Source of the DNA: Trichosphaerium sp. ATCC 40318
Taxonomy: Eukaryota; Protista; Tubulinea
Direction: 5' to 3'
DNA length: 64,000 bases
Assembly (NCBI GenBank): GCA_038496445.1
Contig: JALMLS010000299.1
Coordinates: 1-64,000 of the forward strand
The notes beneath the pieces are model-generated. The model saw nothing but the letters and a program-made list of their open reading frames with translations. It was not told the origin of the DNA and ran no database searches. Shown in pieces: positions 63,110 to 64,000 of the stretch (positions are counted from its first letter, which is position 1; each line of letters begins with the position of its first letter). Made by a program: the position numbers and the translations under genes.

Positions 63110-63625
63110 GTGGTTGTACACTGGAAAAAAACAGCCTTGTTTAAGGCAAATGGCATGGTAACCTTCCCAATAATTGCAAATAAAATTGTGGTTGAATGCG
63201 CTTTCCTCCATGACCTGCCCCAGCTACCTGGCATACGGGTACATTCACAATATTGACTGGTATCTGGAAATATAGATATCTCGTAGTAGCAGAGCAAGTT
63301 ATATCTTTGTTGACTCCAGTTCCAAGACAGCTCCGATTTCCACAACGAAGCATCGCTACCTCGTCTTTGATCACAGGTTACATAACTCGTGGGTTATCAT
63401 AGGTTTTGCTCGGTTTTCTAGCGCTGCAAAGTGCAATACATAAATAAAACTAACAGAAATGCAATGATAACACGAGTCATACTTGTAGATTTGTTGCTGG
63501 GACAGTTGTTAATTTAGTTTATGTTTTCTAAAACATAAAATTAGGAAGTACATAGCCTCATCAATTAAAGCAAAACTAAACCAAACCCGTAGATGGTGAA
63601 TGTTCTCGTACCACTTTAGAACTAC
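63110..63625 (-). pseudogene. Copy B of the ~550-nt dispersed element
   Basis: Inverted copy of 38862-39460; remnant MTRVIIAFLLVL../LWKSELSWNWSQQRYNLLCYYEISIFPDTSQYCECTRMPGSW. Confidence 0.7.
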
Positions 63626-63693
63626 ACCTGAGGAAACAACACAAATGAATCATAACATAGAGTTTGCAAGAAGTTATTGTTTTTTTTATTTTA

Positions 63694-64000
63694 TTACTTC
63701 TTCTCACCACGTAATTTCGCATTCTCTTCTTCAAGTTTAGCAACCTTTGCACGCTCGTCAGCAAGCTCATTCTTTAGCTTTTTAACTTTATCCTTGTAAT
63801 GCTCAATCTTTTGAAAACCGTTAATAATTTGTGTTTTAAGCTCAACAATCTCATCCTTCATTTTAAGCTGCTCTTTCAAGTCATCAACAATATCTTCCTC
63901 TGATGCATTGCTTTGTTTATCTTCAGCTTCTTTATCATTATTTTTTGTATCAGATACTTCCGTTGAGTTCTTTGTAGGCTTTTCTTTGGTATCTTTTTGT
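63694..64000 (-). CDS. 3' end of a coiled-coil protein (truncated by the window edge)
   Basis: Open frame ending ...KVKKLKNELADERAKVAKLEEENAKLRGEKK*. Confidence 0.7.
   Translation of the reverse strand, partial: QKDTKEKPTKNSTEVSDTKNNDKEAEDKQSNASEEDIVDDLKEQLKMKDEIVELKTQIINGFQKIEHYKDKVKKLKNELADERAKVAKLEEENAKLRGEKK

Noticed and set aside
38862-63625. Polinton or giant transposon with terminal inverted repeats
   Set aside because: The interior holds intron-rich housekeeping genes with no integrase, polymerase or capsid; the repeats are diverged and no TSD is visible
10740-64000. Stop-codon reassignment explaining the fragmented ORFs
   Set aside because: In the genes traced, in-frame stops fall in short introns, and genes end in TAA, TAG or TGA
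10740-64000. U12-type introns
   Set aside because: No RTATCCTT donor found at an inferred exon boundary

Overview
Nuclear DNA of a highly divergent, intron-dense microbial eukaryote (amoebozoan-like by inference only). Positions 461-7529 hold one complete rDNA unit on the minus strand (SSU-ITS1-5.8S-ITS2-LSU) with a GC-rich divergent core and large AT-rich expansions. Its upstream spacer carries an array of at least six repeated hairpins with compensatory base changes. From about 10.7 kb the window is a compact run of about 19 protein genes split by many short introns (about 40-80 nt; GTACG donors and AAG acceptors are common): SAC3/GANP, ribosomal P2, YIPF6, a giant ARM-WWE-TLDc-TLDc-discoidin-like protein, a helicase-less Dicer-like protein whose first RNase III domain has lost its catalytic acids, SNAPC1 (head-to-head with the Dicer), a trypsin-like protease, purple acid phosphatase, an HPP-family transporter, TVP15, a PH-PP2C, an EltD-like dehydrogenase, glutamine synthetase, a Trp-rich repeat protein and a giant Cys-rich 7TM protein. 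Two decayed inverted copies of a ~550-nt element lie 24 kb apart. Gene models were spliced by eye, so boundaries are approximate.
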